Program-made: the position numbers and the translations under genes
Assembly (NCBI GenBank): GCA_041649315.1
Contig: JBAZNJ010000002.1
Span: 192,851-256,850, forward strand
Direction of reading: 5' to 3'
Length of the DNA: 64,000 bases
Origin: Patescibacteria group bacterium
GTDB taxonomy: Bacteria > Patescibacteriota > Patescibacteriia > Patescibacteriales > UBA12465
Part shown: positions 26,029 through 35,278 of the stretch, piece by piece
How positions within the stretch are numbered: the first letter of the stretch is position 1
Layout: each line of letters opens with the position of its first letter
Notes under the pieces: model-generated
The model's input: only the letters and a program-made list of their open reading frames with translations
The model's database searches: none
What the model was told of the DNA's origin: nothing

Positions 26029-27126
26029 TTATCTTCCATAAACCGCTAAAACCTTTTTAGCGATATCGCGCCAATCAAATTCCTGTTTAATCCGTTCGTA
26101 GCCCTCGGCCGCCTTAGCCGCGACCTGTTCCGGATTTTCTAAGGCAATCCGCAATTTAGCTTCAAGATCGTCCGTATTTTTATTGGAAAAATAAAAGCCG
26201 GTCTGGCCCAAGGCCTCAATATTGGCAATAATATCGCTCGCCAAACAAGCGGTCTTATAGCCCATAGCTTCGAGTAGAGCAATAGATAACCCCTCGCTTT
26301 CCGACGGCTGGATGAATAGATAAGCATTAGAATAAAGCTCGGCTAAAGCTCGTCCGGTCTGATTGCCGGTAAAAATAATCCTATCATCACCTTCGGCCGC
26401 CGCGTGTAGTTCGCGGACATAATCATCGGTATATGAACCCTCGCCGACAATAACGAGCTTCTTATCGGTCTTTAAGCGTTTATAGGCGTCAATCAGATAA
26501 CGAACACCTTTATGGCGCACTAAACGCCCAATATAAACAAAGTAATCATTACCCTCTAAGCCCCATCGCCGGATTTCCTGGACCGAAACTTTCTCAGACG
26601 GCGTCGCGCCGTTAGGAATATAAATCGCTTCACGGCCGTATCTCCGGCCGACATATTCGGTCAACTCTTTAGAAATCGTAATAACCTTATCCGCCAAGCG
26701 GCAACCGATCCATTCACCGAAACGCAGATACAAACGGGCGAACAAGCCCCATTTTTGATGATAATAATCCTGGCAATGGAAGGTAAAAATAACCGGCACC
26801 CGCGGTTTGAGTAATTTGATCAGCCAGATTAAAGAAGCCGGGCCGACGGACTGAACATGGATGATATTAACCTTCCGCCATAAAAGATCAAGGCAAGCAA
26901 AAAAAGTATGCGAAATCGCTTCAAAATTCTTACCACGCAGAGCCGGCAAAGTAATTATTTTCGCGCCCTTATATTCTTTAATCTTATCCGGCAAATAGGC
27001 CTTGCGACTATATACCAAAACCTCCTGGCCTAAAGCGGTCAGGTTTGACGCCAAGCTCTCGACGTATCTTTCAACGCCGCCGGTCCTGGCTGGTATACCT
27101 TTTTGTCCGATAAAAACAATCTTCAT
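26029..27126 (-). CDS. Glycosyltransferase family 4
   Basis: MKIVFIGQKGIPARTGGVERYV at the N-terminus. SESEGLSIALLEAMGYKTACLASD (E-x7-E) at the C-terminus. Confidence 0.85.
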   Translation of the reverse strand: MKIVFIGQKGIPARTGGVERYVESLASNLTALGQEVLVYSRKAYLPDKIKEYKGAKIITLPALRGKNFEAISHTFFACLDLLWRKVNIIHVQSVGPASLIWLIKLLKPRVPVIFTFHCQDYYHQKWGLFARLYLRFGEWIGCRLADKVITISKELTEYVGRRYGREAIYIPNGATPSEKVSVQEIRRWGLEGNDYFVYIGRLVRHKGVRYLIDAYKRLKTDKKLVIVGEGSYTDDYVRELHAAAEGDDRIIFTGNQTGRALAELYSNAYLFIQPSESEGLSIALLEAMGYKTACLASDIIANIEALGQTGFYFSNKNTDDLEAKLRIALENPEQVAAKAAEGYERIKQEFDWRDIAKKVLAVYGR

Positions 27127-27178
27127 ATATCAAAATGTCTGCTAAAGGACTCTAATCGTCCTTATATAATAACGCTTT

Positions 27179-27207
27179 ATTATAATATATAACAAATTAT
27201 TTGTCAA
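27179..27207 (-). promoter_or_regulatory. Promoter of the GT4 gene at 26029..27126
   Basis: On the minus strand: ACCTCTTGACAAAT (-35 at 27207-27202), 17 nt spacer, TATAAT (27184-27179). Confidence 0.6.
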
Positions 27208-27366
27208 GAGGTTTTTAATAAAAAATAAGGGGTTCTTAAAATAGATTTCAGAAAAATATAAAAGGAAATTAGCTAATATTTAAATATTTCATAAAAAATG
27301 GCTAAAAATAAACAAAAATCCGCTTTAAAAGCGGATTAGAACACGATAAAATCAATGAATAATAAT

Positions 27367-28332
27367 CTAAAGCCATTTCTTCTTAGCGAAAAAAAAGAGC
27401 ATGCCGATACAACCGACCATCATAATTCCGATGATTACCCAGAAACCGGATGGATGATTAACAAAAGGCATACCGCCCGTAGTATTCATTCCGAAAATCG
27501 CAGCGAGCAAAGTTAAAGGGAAAACAATAACTGAAAAAACAGTTAAGGTTTTCATAATATCGGTCATTTTATTATTAAGCAAGGATTCGTTCGTACTATT
27601 TAAAACCTCAACCATTTCTTTCTGATTATCAAGCATTTCCCAAATACGTTTTGAATGTTCCACTAATTCCGCGTAATATTTTTTAATCAAACTTTTTTCC
27701 ACAATCGTGCTTTCCATCCCAAGTAATTTTTGAAAAACGTTCTTATGGTTCTGGATTATTTTCCGGATATTGATAATGTTGCGGCGCAAGTCAAGAATTT
27801 CTCCGACCGCTTTTTTCTGCTCGCGAGAAAAGATCAACTCTTCAATATCGCTTAAAGCAATACTATTTTCATCCAAAAGCTTGTAAGAATCATTAATCAT
27901 GATTTCTAAAATTTCCGACAAAAGAATCGCTGATGATTTTAGGGAATAAGCGAGCAGAGAATCCGGACTTTTCCGGCCGCGATTGAAAAATCCGACTAAG
28001 GGCTTTAAAGAATTATTATGGACCGTAATCAGGAAGCCATGACCGATAAAAAAATCGACCTCGGCGGCCACGACCCGGCCGTCTTTAAAAGCGGGAAAAT
28101 GAAGGACAAGGAAAAGATAATCTTTGCCGCGGGAGACCATGGTCCGCTGGAACATGACCGAGGCGGCGGCGGATTTTAGATGCTCAAGGTCAAAACGATA
28201 ATTCCGGCGGAGATAATCAATCTCGCTTTTACCGGCATTAACGATATTAACCCATTTCAGAATCGGGGCGACCTTCGGATTGTCAATCGTTAGCTCCTCA
28301 ATCCGATCGCTTATTTTTTTATAATTATTCAT
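27367..28332 (-). CDS. corA: CorA-family magnesium/cobalt transporter
   Basis: C-terminal two TM helices with a GMN motif (AIFGMNTTGGMPF). Start placed at ATG 28332 (MNNYKKISDRIEEL). The track's upstream extension overlaps the divergent gene. Confidence 0.8.
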   Translation of the reverse strand: MNNYKKISDRIEELTIDNPKVAPILKWVNIVNAGKSEIDYLRRNYRFDLEHLKSAAASVMFQRTMVSRGKDYLFLVLHFPAFKDGRVVAAEVDFFIGHGFLITVHNNSLKPLVGFFNRGRKSPDSLLAYSLKSSAILLSEILEIMINDSYKLLDENSIALSDIEELIFSREQKKAVGEILDLRRNIINIRKIIQNHKNVFQKLLGMESTIVEKSLIKKYYAELVEHSKRIWEMLDNQKEMVEVLNSTNESLLNNKMTDIMKTLTVFSVIVFPLTLLAAIFGMNTTGGMPFVNHPSGFWVIIGIMMVGCIGMLFFFAKKKWL

Positions 28333-28426
28333 AAAATAAAAGGGGATAAACCGGCAATTCGTGCTTTGACGAAAGCCGATTTTTATAATAAAATAAGAGT
28401 ATAAATCCTCTTGAGAATTATAGCAT

Positions 28427-29815
28427 ATGGCTAACATTTTGGGAATAAATTTAAGCGAACTAGGAGCCGCGGCTTTAAATGAAAAAATCAACTTTTTCTT
28501 AAACCGAGAGGCCGGCACTGCCTATTTAGTAACGCCGAATCCGGAAATAATTCTTGAAGCGCATCGCGACGAAGAGCTTTTTTATATCTTAAACAAAGCC
28601 GATTTAGCGTCGGCCGACGGTTTTGGTCTGCGGCTCGCCGGGTTCTTATTTGGTGAAAATATTCCGCGGCTTACCGGTGCCGATCTAACCGCGGCGCTTT
28701 TAAAAAAAGCGACCCAAGAAGGGAAAAAGATTGCTGTCTTGAACTGGCGCGGCGGCTTAAGCCGAGCCGAAGATATTGAAACGGCTCTGCGACAGCATTA
28801 TCCAAAACTTGATTTCTTAATTCTGAACTTAAGCCGCTCTCATCCGCTAAGCCCGGAAACGATTAAAAAAATTAATTCTTTCGCGCCGGCGATATTGTTC
28901 TGTACTTTCGGTTTTCCTTATCAAGAAAAAATAATTTATCATAACCGGGAAAAATGGCCGTCGGTCCGACTATCCCTCGGCATCGGCGGTTCCTTTGATT
29001 TTATAAGCGGCCGGGTTAAACGAGCGCCACGCATTTGGCGGACGATCGGGTTAGAATGGCTTTGGCGTTTAATTAAACAGCCGAGCCGAGTACGCCGAAT
29101 CTACCGCGCGACTTTCGTATTCATGGGTAAAATTCTGCAGGCGCGTTTTATAAATCCTTTTTTATACCGGCCGAATGTCGCTTGTCTGCTTTATAAAAAA
29201 GAACCTGACGAAAAAAGCCAGCGCCAAATCAAGATACTCCTGGTTGAACGCGAAGACGACCCTGGCCATTGGCAATTGCCACAGGGCGGCCTTGATGGTG
29301 AAACTCCGAGAGTAGCCGGACGGCGAGAACTGCGGGAAGAAACCGGCGCGATTGATATTGAAGAAAAGGCGGTGTTTAAAAATGTTTATCGGTATAAATT
29401 TAATGCCGGCACAAACGACTCTGGACTTTCATACCCGGAAAATTGGAGCGCTCCAGAGACTGAAAATCAAAACAAACGCCCGGCTAAAGAACAGGAAAGT
29501 AATAATCAGGAAAATTTGGATAACCAAGGAATTAAAAATAAAAACAGCCATAAAACCGAAGAACAGAGAAGCAAAGTCGAAAATTTACCTCAATCCGCTC
29601 GCGCTTATAAACATGATTACCAAGGCCAAAAGCAAAGTTTATTCGTCGCTGAATTCCATGGCGAGGATAGCGACTTGAAAGTAAATTTTTGGGACCATCG
29701 CGCTTGGAAATGGGTTGATGCCGAGCGGTTAGCAGAAAAAGTTCATCCTGTCCGCCGAGCCGCGGCTAAAATATTTTTAGAGAAGTTTAAGGCAATAGAA
29801 AAATTGAAAATTTAA
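28427..29815 (+). CDS. WecB/TagA/CpsF-family (GT26) glycosyltransferase fused to a Nudix hydrolase domain
   Basis: About aa 1-245 match GT26 (VTPNPEIILEA, ADGFGL, GIGGSFDFISGRVKRAP, GLEWLWRL). About aa 250-462 carry the Nudix-box-like GGLDGETPRVAGRRELREETG, interrupted by an N/Q/K/E-rich insert. Confidence 0.75.
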   Translation: MANILGINLSELGAAALNEKINFFLNREAGTAYLVTPNPEIILEAHRDEELFYILNKADLASADGFGLRLAGFLFGENIPRLTGADLTAALLKKATQEGKKIAVLNWRGGLSRAEDIETALRQHYPKLDFLILNLSRSHPLSPETIKKINSFAPAILFCTFGFPYQEKIIYHNREKWPSVRLSLGIGGSFDFISGRVKRAPRIWRTIGLEWLWRLIKQPSRVRRIYRATFVFMGKILQARFINPFLYRPNVACLLYKKEPDEKSQRQIKILLVEREDDPGHWQLPQGGLDGETPRVAGRRELREETGAIDIEEKAVFKNVYRYKFNAGTNDSGLSYPENWSAPETENQNKRPAKEQESNNQENLDNQGIKNKNSHKTEEQRSKVENLPQSARAYKHDYQGQKQSLFVAEFHGEDSDLKVNFWDHRAWKWVDAERLAEKVHPVRRAAAKIFLEKFKAIEKLKI

Positions 29816-29952
29816 AATTATTTGCTAAAATTTCTAATATCAAAATCCTAATTTCCAATCAATGACAAAATCAAAATTTCTAATTTTGACATTTAGCTTT
29901 TACTTTGGATTTGATTAGTAATTGGGATTTAGAAATTTGAAATTATAATACT

Positions 29953-31407
29953 ATGCTATTTTTCAAAAACAAAATCCGCTTGCGCTTCGCCCCCTCGCCG
30001 ACCGGCTTTCTGCACCTCGGCGGCTTGCGCTCCGCTCTATTCGGCTATCTGCTGGCCAAAAGCCAAGGCGGAAAATTTATCTTGCGCATTGAAGATACTG
30101 ATCAGAAACGGGAAGTTGAAGGCGCGGTCGGCAGTTTAATCCGAACCCTAAAATGGGTCGGAATAAAATTCGACGAAGGTCCAGGCTTGGGTGGGAAATA
30201 CGGGCCCTATGTCCAGACCGAACGGCTTAATATTTATAAAAAATATCTTGATGAACTCATGAAAACCGGCCAGGCCTATCGCTGTTTCTGCTCGGCCGAA
30301 CGTTTAGCGGAAATGCGTGCGAAACAAGAAGCGGCTAAACAGGCGCCGCGTTATGATCGGCGTTGTCGGGATCTTAGTCCGGAAGAGTCGGACCGACGCG
30401 CCGCGGCCGGCGAACCTTTTGTCATTCGCCAAAAAATGCCTTTGGACGGGGAAGTTATCGTACGCGACGAACTGCGCGGAGAAATAAAATTTGCCGCGGC
30501 TGATCTTGACGACCAGGTCTTGATAAAATCCGATGGCATGCCGACTTATCAATTCGCCAATGTCATTGATGACCATTTAATGAAAATTTCCCATGTCACC
30601 CGCGGCGACGAATGGCTTCCGTCCTATCCGAAAAATTTTCTCCTCTACCGCGCCTTCGGCTGGACTCCGCCAAAATTCATCCATCTGCCTCTGATCTTAA
30701 ATAAAGAAGGGGGAGGGAAGCTTAGCAAGCGCAAAGGCGACGTCTTTGTCGAGGATTACCGCGCCAAGGGCTACCTGCCCGAGGCCTTGATAAATTTTTG
30801 CGCTCTCCTCGGCTGGCATCCGAAAAACGACAAGGAAATCTGGTCGCTTAAAGAATTAGCCAAAGAATTTTCTATTAAAGGTCTCGGCGCCAGTCCGGCG
30901 GTTTTTGATTTGGAAAAATTGGATTATTATAATGGTTATTATATTCGGCAGAAATCAAGGCCTGAATTAATACACCTTTGCCGCCCCTACCTTGAGGCCG
31001 CCGGATTAAAAGCAGAAACGCCGACCTTGGAAAAATATCTCGCTTTGGCCCAAGACCGGATGAAAAAATTATCTGAGGCTCCGGATTTAATTAGTTTCCT
31101 GTTCATCCTGCCGCCTTACGACCAGGAACTTTTGGCTTGGAAAAAACTAAGCGTCGCACAGGCGATTTCTAATCTAAAAGAATTAACAATCGAATTGGAA
31201 AAAATTCCGGCCGAAAAATGGACTAAAGAAAATTTAGAAAAAAATATCATGACCTGGCTAAAGGAGGGGGCACGGAAAAACGGCGATTATTTATGGCCCT
31301 TGCGCGTCGCTTTAACCGGTTTAAAAAACAGCCCCGGACCTTTTGAAGTAGCGGACGCTTTAGGGAGGGAAGAGAGTTTGAAGCGGATTGAAAAAACAAT
31401 AGCATAA
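29953..31407 (+). CDS. gltX: Glutamyl-tRNA synthetase
   Basis: RFAPSPTGFLHLGGLRSALF (HIGH region) and KLSKRKG (KMSKS). Confidence 0.95.
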   Translation: MLFFKNKIRLRFAPSPTGFLHLGGLRSALFGYLLAKSQGGKFILRIEDTDQKREVEGAVGSLIRTLKWVGIKFDEGPGLGGKYGPYVQTERLNIYKKYLDELMKTGQAYRCFCSAERLAEMRAKQEAAKQAPRYDRRCRDLSPEESDRRAAAGEPFVIRQKMPLDGEVIVRDELRGEIKFAAADLDDQVLIKSDGMPTYQFANVIDDHLMKISHVTRGDEWLPSYPKNFLLYRAFGWTPPKFIHLPLILNKEGGGKLSKRKGDVFVEDYRAKGYLPEALINFCALLGWHPKNDKEIWSLKELAKEFSIKGLGASPAVFDLEKLDYYNGYYIRQKSRPELIHLCRPYLEAAGLKAETPTLEKYLALAQDRMKKLSEAPDLISFLFILPPYDQELLAWKKLSVAQAISNLKELTIELEKIPAEKWTKENLEKNIMTWLKEGARKNGDYLWPLRVALTGLKNSPGPFEVADALGREESLKRIEKTIA

Positions 31408-31533
31408 ATTTAAAATTTTGCATCCCAAAATCCGGCCAAGCTAAGCAAAGGGTATTCATTCTGAAATTTTAACCTTAATTTAACAGCAAAATCCATTTAC
31501 AAAATCCTAAAAATATGCTATACTATAATAGTT

Positions 31534-32793
31534 ATGAATATTTTATCTAAAAATAAAGGAATCAAAATAAGCCGATACTTAAAAATCGGCTTGTTAGTTT
31601 TTGTTTTGGCCGGCTTGCTCATATCTGCGCCCGCGGTTTTAAGCCAATATGCCAGCGTTGACGACGAAATAAACGCCTTGAATCTGAAGATTCAAAACCA
31701 GAAAAAACAACTGGATGAACTAGAAAAGAAACAACAAGAATATCAAAAACTAATCAGCGCGAAACAGAATGAAAAAGCGAGTTTAAATAATCAACTGGCA
31801 ATTTTAGAGAATCGTTTGGCAAAAACCCAGCTTGATATTGACGGTGCAAATTTAGAAATAGATAAAACCGGCTTGGAAATAAAAAAAATTGAAATCGACA
31901 GCCAAGATCTGGATGAAAAAATTGAAGAACAAAAAGTCCATATCGCTAATCTCCTGCGTTTAGTTTATAAACAGGATCAGATTACGACTTTAGAAATGTT
32001 GCTTTTGAACGATTCCTTGACCGACTTTTTAAACCAGGCAAAATATTTAGAAAATACTAATGAAGAATTAGGCGCGAGCGTCGAAGAATTAAAAACTGAT
32101 AAAGAAAGATTGGACCGGAATAAAGAAGCGCTGGCCAAAAAAACCGTGGAACTCCAGGACTTGAAAAAACAATTAGAAGAGAAAAAAAATAGTTTATCCT
32201 ACGAACAGGAAAATAAAAATTATTTATTGGAAGAAACAAAATCCTCGGAAAGGGAATTCCAAGCTCTACTTCAGCAAGCTAAAAAACAGCAGCAGCAGGC
32301 CCAAGCCGAAATCGCTAATGCCGAACAACTGATCAGGCAAAAGATGTCGGAAAAAGATAAAGCAAGGCTAGATGGCGGCAATAATACTATCGCCTGGCCA
32401 GTAACAAAAAATGTTGTGACCGCTTTATTCCATGATCCAGATTACCCTTATCGCAAGATAATCGGCGAGCACTCCGGAGTCGATATCCGCGCTGGGCAGG
32501 GAAGCACGCTTAAAGCCGCCGCGGACGGCTATGTCGCTAAAGTGAAATTCGTCGGCGATCGCAGCTACGCCTATATCATGATTATTCATGGCGACGGCTT
32601 AGCCACGGTTTACGGCCATGTTTCCGCGGTCTATGTTAAAACTGATCAATACGTAACTCAAGGACAAAAAATCGGCTTGACTGGCGGCATGCCCGGTGGC
32701 ATCGGCTCTGGCTATTTCTCAACCGGCCCGCATCTGCATTTTGAAGTCCGTTTGAATGGCCTACCGGTTAATCCATTAAAATATTTGCCTTAA
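31534..32793 (+). CDS. M23-family metallopeptidase with an N-terminal coiled coil (EnvC-like)
   Basis: Signal/TM segment, long Q/E/K-rich coiled coil, then HSGVDI...HGDGLATVYGH...GPHLHFEV. Confidence 0.85.
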   Translation: MNILSKNKGIKISRYLKIGLLVFVLAGLLISAPAVLSQYASVDDEINALNLKIQNQKKQLDELEKKQQEYQKLISAKQNEKASLNNQLAILENRLAKTQLDIDGANLEIDKTGLEIKKIEIDSQDLDEKIEEQKVHIANLLRLVYKQDQITTLEMLLLNDSLTDFLNQAKYLENTNEELGASVEELKTDKERLDRNKEALAKKTVELQDLKKQLEEKKNSLSYEQENKNYLLEETKSSEREFQALLQQAKKQQQQAQAEIANAEQLIRQKMSEKDKARLDGGNNTIAWPVTKNVVTALFHDPDYPYRKIIGEHSGVDIRAGQGSTLKAAADGYVAKVKFVGDRSYAYIMIIHGDGLATVYGHVSAVYVKTDQYVTQGQKIGLTGGMPGGIGSGYFSTGPHLHFEVRLNGLPVNPLKYLP

Positions 32794-32830
32794 ACATAAA
32801 CATATAAAATATTTGCCTTAAACATAAACA
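32777..32830 (+). repeat. Perfect 26-nt tandem duplication (period 28) spanning the stop codon of the M23 gene
   Basis: TAAAATATTTGCCTTAAACATAAACA occurs at 32777-32802 and again at 32805-32830. Confidence 0.85.
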
Positions 32831-32895
32831 AAAAAACGAGGTAAAAAATCAAATAAACATTAATACTAAAAAAACAAATTTAAGAACACTAATAT

Positions 32896-32921
32896 AAAAC
32901 CGCCATCATGGCGGTTTTTTG
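32896..32921. terminator. Bidirectional terminator between the M23 gene and the recombinase gene
   Basis: ACCGCC-ATCAT-GGCGGT flanked by A4 and T6. Confidence 0.7.
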
Positions 32922-32991
32922 AATTCATTTATCTAATAATTGATTATCCAAGGACTAAATTAATTTTAAAATCTCATCTTGTAAATCTTTA

Positions 32992-33948
32992 TCAAAACTC
33001 TCGTCCTTCATGAACCTTGCGATGAATGTCGCGAAGCTGTTTATTGGTCACATGGGTATAAATCTGGGTGGTGGCGATATTGCTATGGCCCAAGAACTCT
33101 TGAACCGTACGCAAATCAACGCCTTGATTCAATAAATCAGTCGCGAAAGAATGGCGCAGAGTATGCGGTGTGGCCATAACTGGAAGACCGGCTATCTTCA
33201 CGTATTTTTTTACGATGTCCTCAATGCTTTTAACGGTTAAACGGCGCGATTCGCCGCTTTTAGCCGCACCGCGGCGATAATTAATAAACAGAGCATCATC
33301 CATATCTTTCCGCTCCTTAAGATAGGCGCGCAAAGCTTTGACCGCGCGAACAGAAAAATAAACAGTCCGGATTTTACTGCCTTTGCCGATTATTGCCGTC
33401 TCAATATCTTTTGTGTCGTCCTTAATCCTCAACTGATCAATATTTAAAGCCGCCAGTTCGGCCACGCGCAAACCGGTAGAGAAAAGCGTTTCTAAAAGCG
33501 CCCGGTCGCGCCAGCCAATCATTGTACCGGCGCTCGGCGCGCTTAACAAACGCGAAAGCTGTTCCAATTTCAAAAATTTTATTTCTTTATCCGCCTTGTC
33601 TTTCGCCAGTTTTACTTTAGACGGCGGCAGGGAAGCAATATCTTTTTCTACAAAAAATTCAAGCAGGGAACGCAAGGCGATTAAATAATAATTCTGAGTC
33701 GTCTTCTTGAGCGTCCGACGGGTTCGAGAATCAATATGCCGCGACAGATAAACCTTATATTCCCAAATCAATTCCGGACTTAAAGAGGCCGGTTTTAAAT
33801 CTTCTTGCTTAGTTTCCTTGAGCCAATTAAAAAATTTTCGCAAGAAACGGGTATAATTTTCCTGGGTCTTGGAAGACAGGCCTTTTTCGATTTCACAGTA
33901 ATCAAGAAAATCTACGAGGTATTTGATTATCGGTTTATTTTTATCCAT
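32992..33948 (-). CDS. Tyrosine site-specific recombinase, XerC/XerD family
   Basis: N-terminal SAM-like domain. Catalytic region HTLRHSFATDLL...LGHSNIATTQIYTHV. Confidence 0.9.
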   Translation of the reverse strand: MDKNKPIIKYLVDFLDYCEIEKGLSSKTQENYTRFLRKFFNWLKETKQEDLKPASLSPELIWEYKVYLSRHIDSRTRRTLKKTTQNYYLIALRSLLEFFVEKDIASLPPSKVKLAKDKADKEIKFLKLEQLSRLLSAPSAGTMIGWRDRALLETLFSTGLRVAELAALNIDQLRIKDDTKDIETAIIGKGSKIRTVYFSVRAVKALRAYLKERKDMDDALFINYRRGAAKSGESRRLTVKSIEDIVKKYVKIAGLPVMATPHTLRHSFATDLLNQGVDLRTVQEFLGHSNIATTQIYTHVTNKQLRDIHRKVHEGREF

Positions 33949-34056
33949 ATCTATAATCTATATTATAGCTTTATTATAGCAGAATATTTGTTTTAATGTA
34001 ATATTTATTTTTTTGTTTAATAATAGCAAAAAATAATAAAACAATTCATTCCACTA

Positions 34057-34085
34057 TTGACAAGATTATCTAAATATGATATAAT
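34057..34085 (+). promoter_or_regulatory. Promoter of 34289..34876
   Basis: TTGACA (34057-34062), 17 nt spacer, extended -10 TGATATAAT (34077-34085). Confidence 0.6.
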
Positions 34086-34147
34086 AAGAATGTTTTGAAA
34101 TAAAGGAAAGTTAAAAAGAATAAAAAGGTTCTTTAAAAAATAAGGTT

Positions 34148-34268
34148 TAAATTAAGTTAATTATCGGGTTTCTTGATAAGGGAATATCTACTTACTATCC
34201 CGATCTTCTAAAGAACGAACAGGGAATTAATGATCCTAAAAAGGGAATCGGATAATTAACTTAATTTA
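34148..34268 (+). repeat. 18-bp perfect inverted repeat enclosing 85 nt within the 5' leader of 34289..34876
   Basis: TAAATTAAGTTAATTATC (34148-34165) pairs with GATAATTAACTTAATTTA (34251-34268). The interior carries three AGGGAAT copies (34175, 34222, 34242). Confidence 0.75.
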
Positions 34269-34288
34269 TTAACTAAAAAATAATTGAA

Positions 34289-34876
34289 ATGGAAGATATA
34301 AACAAAAATAGTAAAAAGTGTTTAATGGTTCTTTATATTTTATGCGCCTTATCTATAAGTTTAATTTTGCCGGATTGTATAAACTGGTTTACCCACAGAC
34401 CGAAAATTATTACTACAGAACAGGGAACATATATTATCAGAAGAAATAATGAAAATAAGTGGGTTGTTTCTAAAATCGTTCAAACAAAAAATAAACAATT
34501 TTCTTTTGAACAGTTTATTGGACTTACCCCGCGCCTAGATAGTATTAATAGTTTTTTGGCAGAATATGGCGACGGATTATCATATTATGGGCTTCTTCAT
34601 ATATTTACATCTGATATTCCGTTAAAAGTATTAGGGAATAATGAACCACCTAGATTTAACTTCCCAATTATAGTTTCTTTCTATTCGGAGCAAGATAGAC
34701 ATGATTTTGTGTTTACTGACGGCAAACAGGTTGACACGCTTGTACTTACTTATGTCTATCCTGAACTAGAATCTGGTTTAGCAACGGATTTTAAAATAGT
34801 AAAAGACTGGCAAGACAGTACTGGAGAAAAATTATTTTTACCTTTGATTGATAGTTTATCGACTAATCAGAAGTAA
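34289..34876 (+). CDS. Membrane-anchored hypothetical protein
   Basis: 195-aa ORF in a visibly AT-rich 1.3-kb stretch. N-terminal hydrophobic segment. No recognisable domain. Confidence 0.55.
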   Translation: MEDINKNSKKCLMVLYILCALSISLILPDCINWFTHRPKIITTEQGTYIIRRNNENKWVVSKIVQTKNKQFSFEQFIGLTPRLDSINSFLAEYGDGLSYYGLLHIFTSDIPLKVLGNNEPPRFNFPIIVSFYSEQDRHDFVFTDGKQVDTLVLTYVYPELESGLATDFKIVKDWQDSTGEKLFLPLIDSLSTNQK

Positions 34877-35044
34877 TGAAAGAAACAAAAAAAATCAGGG
34901 CAGGAAACAAGCAAAAAGCTTAATCCTGCCTTTTTTCTTATTCTACAATACTTCGCATAATGTATATTAATACACCTATATAATAAAGGAAATAAAGGGG
35001 TATAAAACCCCTTATAAGCCGCTAATCCTCATCTAAATCCTCAT

Positions 35045-35185
35045 CTAGCTCAAAATAACCCCCATTAGATGGACCTGGGGCTGGAAAAGTAAAATTATTT
35101 TAATGATTAAGAGAAATACGCCGACAACCGTCAGGCAAAAAACGAAAACCGCTAAGCCGAAGAAGAATTTAAAAGCTGATTCCAT
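35045..35185 (-). CDS. Possible 46-aa hydrophobic micro-protein (not in the ORF track)
   Basis: ATG..TAG ORF encoding MESAFKFFFGLAVFVFCLTVVGVFLLIIKIILLFQPQVHLMGVILS. A TATAAT lies about 27 nt upstream, and an AAGGGG/CCCCTT hairpin lies downstream. The only evidence is that the frame is open. Confidence 0.3.
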   Translation of the reverse strand: MESAFKFFFGLAVFVFCLTVVGVFLLIIKIILLFQPQVHLMGVILS

Positions 35186-35278
35186 ATATTTATGTGATTA
35201 AATTTTGTTTAATTATATACCCAGGACTCGGGCTGGCCACCGGACTCTTAGGCGGCTTTTTAATAAAATGTTCTTTCT

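Noticed and set aside
28333-28518. An N-terminal 62-aa extension of the CorA ORF.
   Set aside because: The extension overlaps the divergent TagA-like gene and has no CorA-like sequence. ATG 28332 (MNNYKKISDRIEEL) gives a normal CorA N-terminus.
29352-29678. A 108-aa alternative-frame ORF inside the Nudix low-complexity insert.
   Set aside because: It is a by-product of the A-rich repetitive insert. The main frame continues into conserved Nudix C-terminal sequence.
29821-29940. AT-rich repeated words (AAATTTCTAAT twice, ATCAAAAT twice, and the inverted TTAGAAATTT) upstream of gltX. I considered a mini-CRISPR, a T-box leader or operator sites.
   Set aside because: There is no regular repeat-spacer periodicity and no T-box specifier or antiterminator features. 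The repeats are short, low-complexity words compatible with chance in AT-rich DNA.
32992-33948. The Xer-type tyrosine recombinase as the integrase of the tRNA-bracketed segment.
   Set aside because: It lies about 7 kb outside the bracket, with housekeeping genes (gltX and others) in between. It looks like an ordinary chromosomal XerC/D. The sequence alone demonstrates no link, though it remains a candidate catalyst for inversion.
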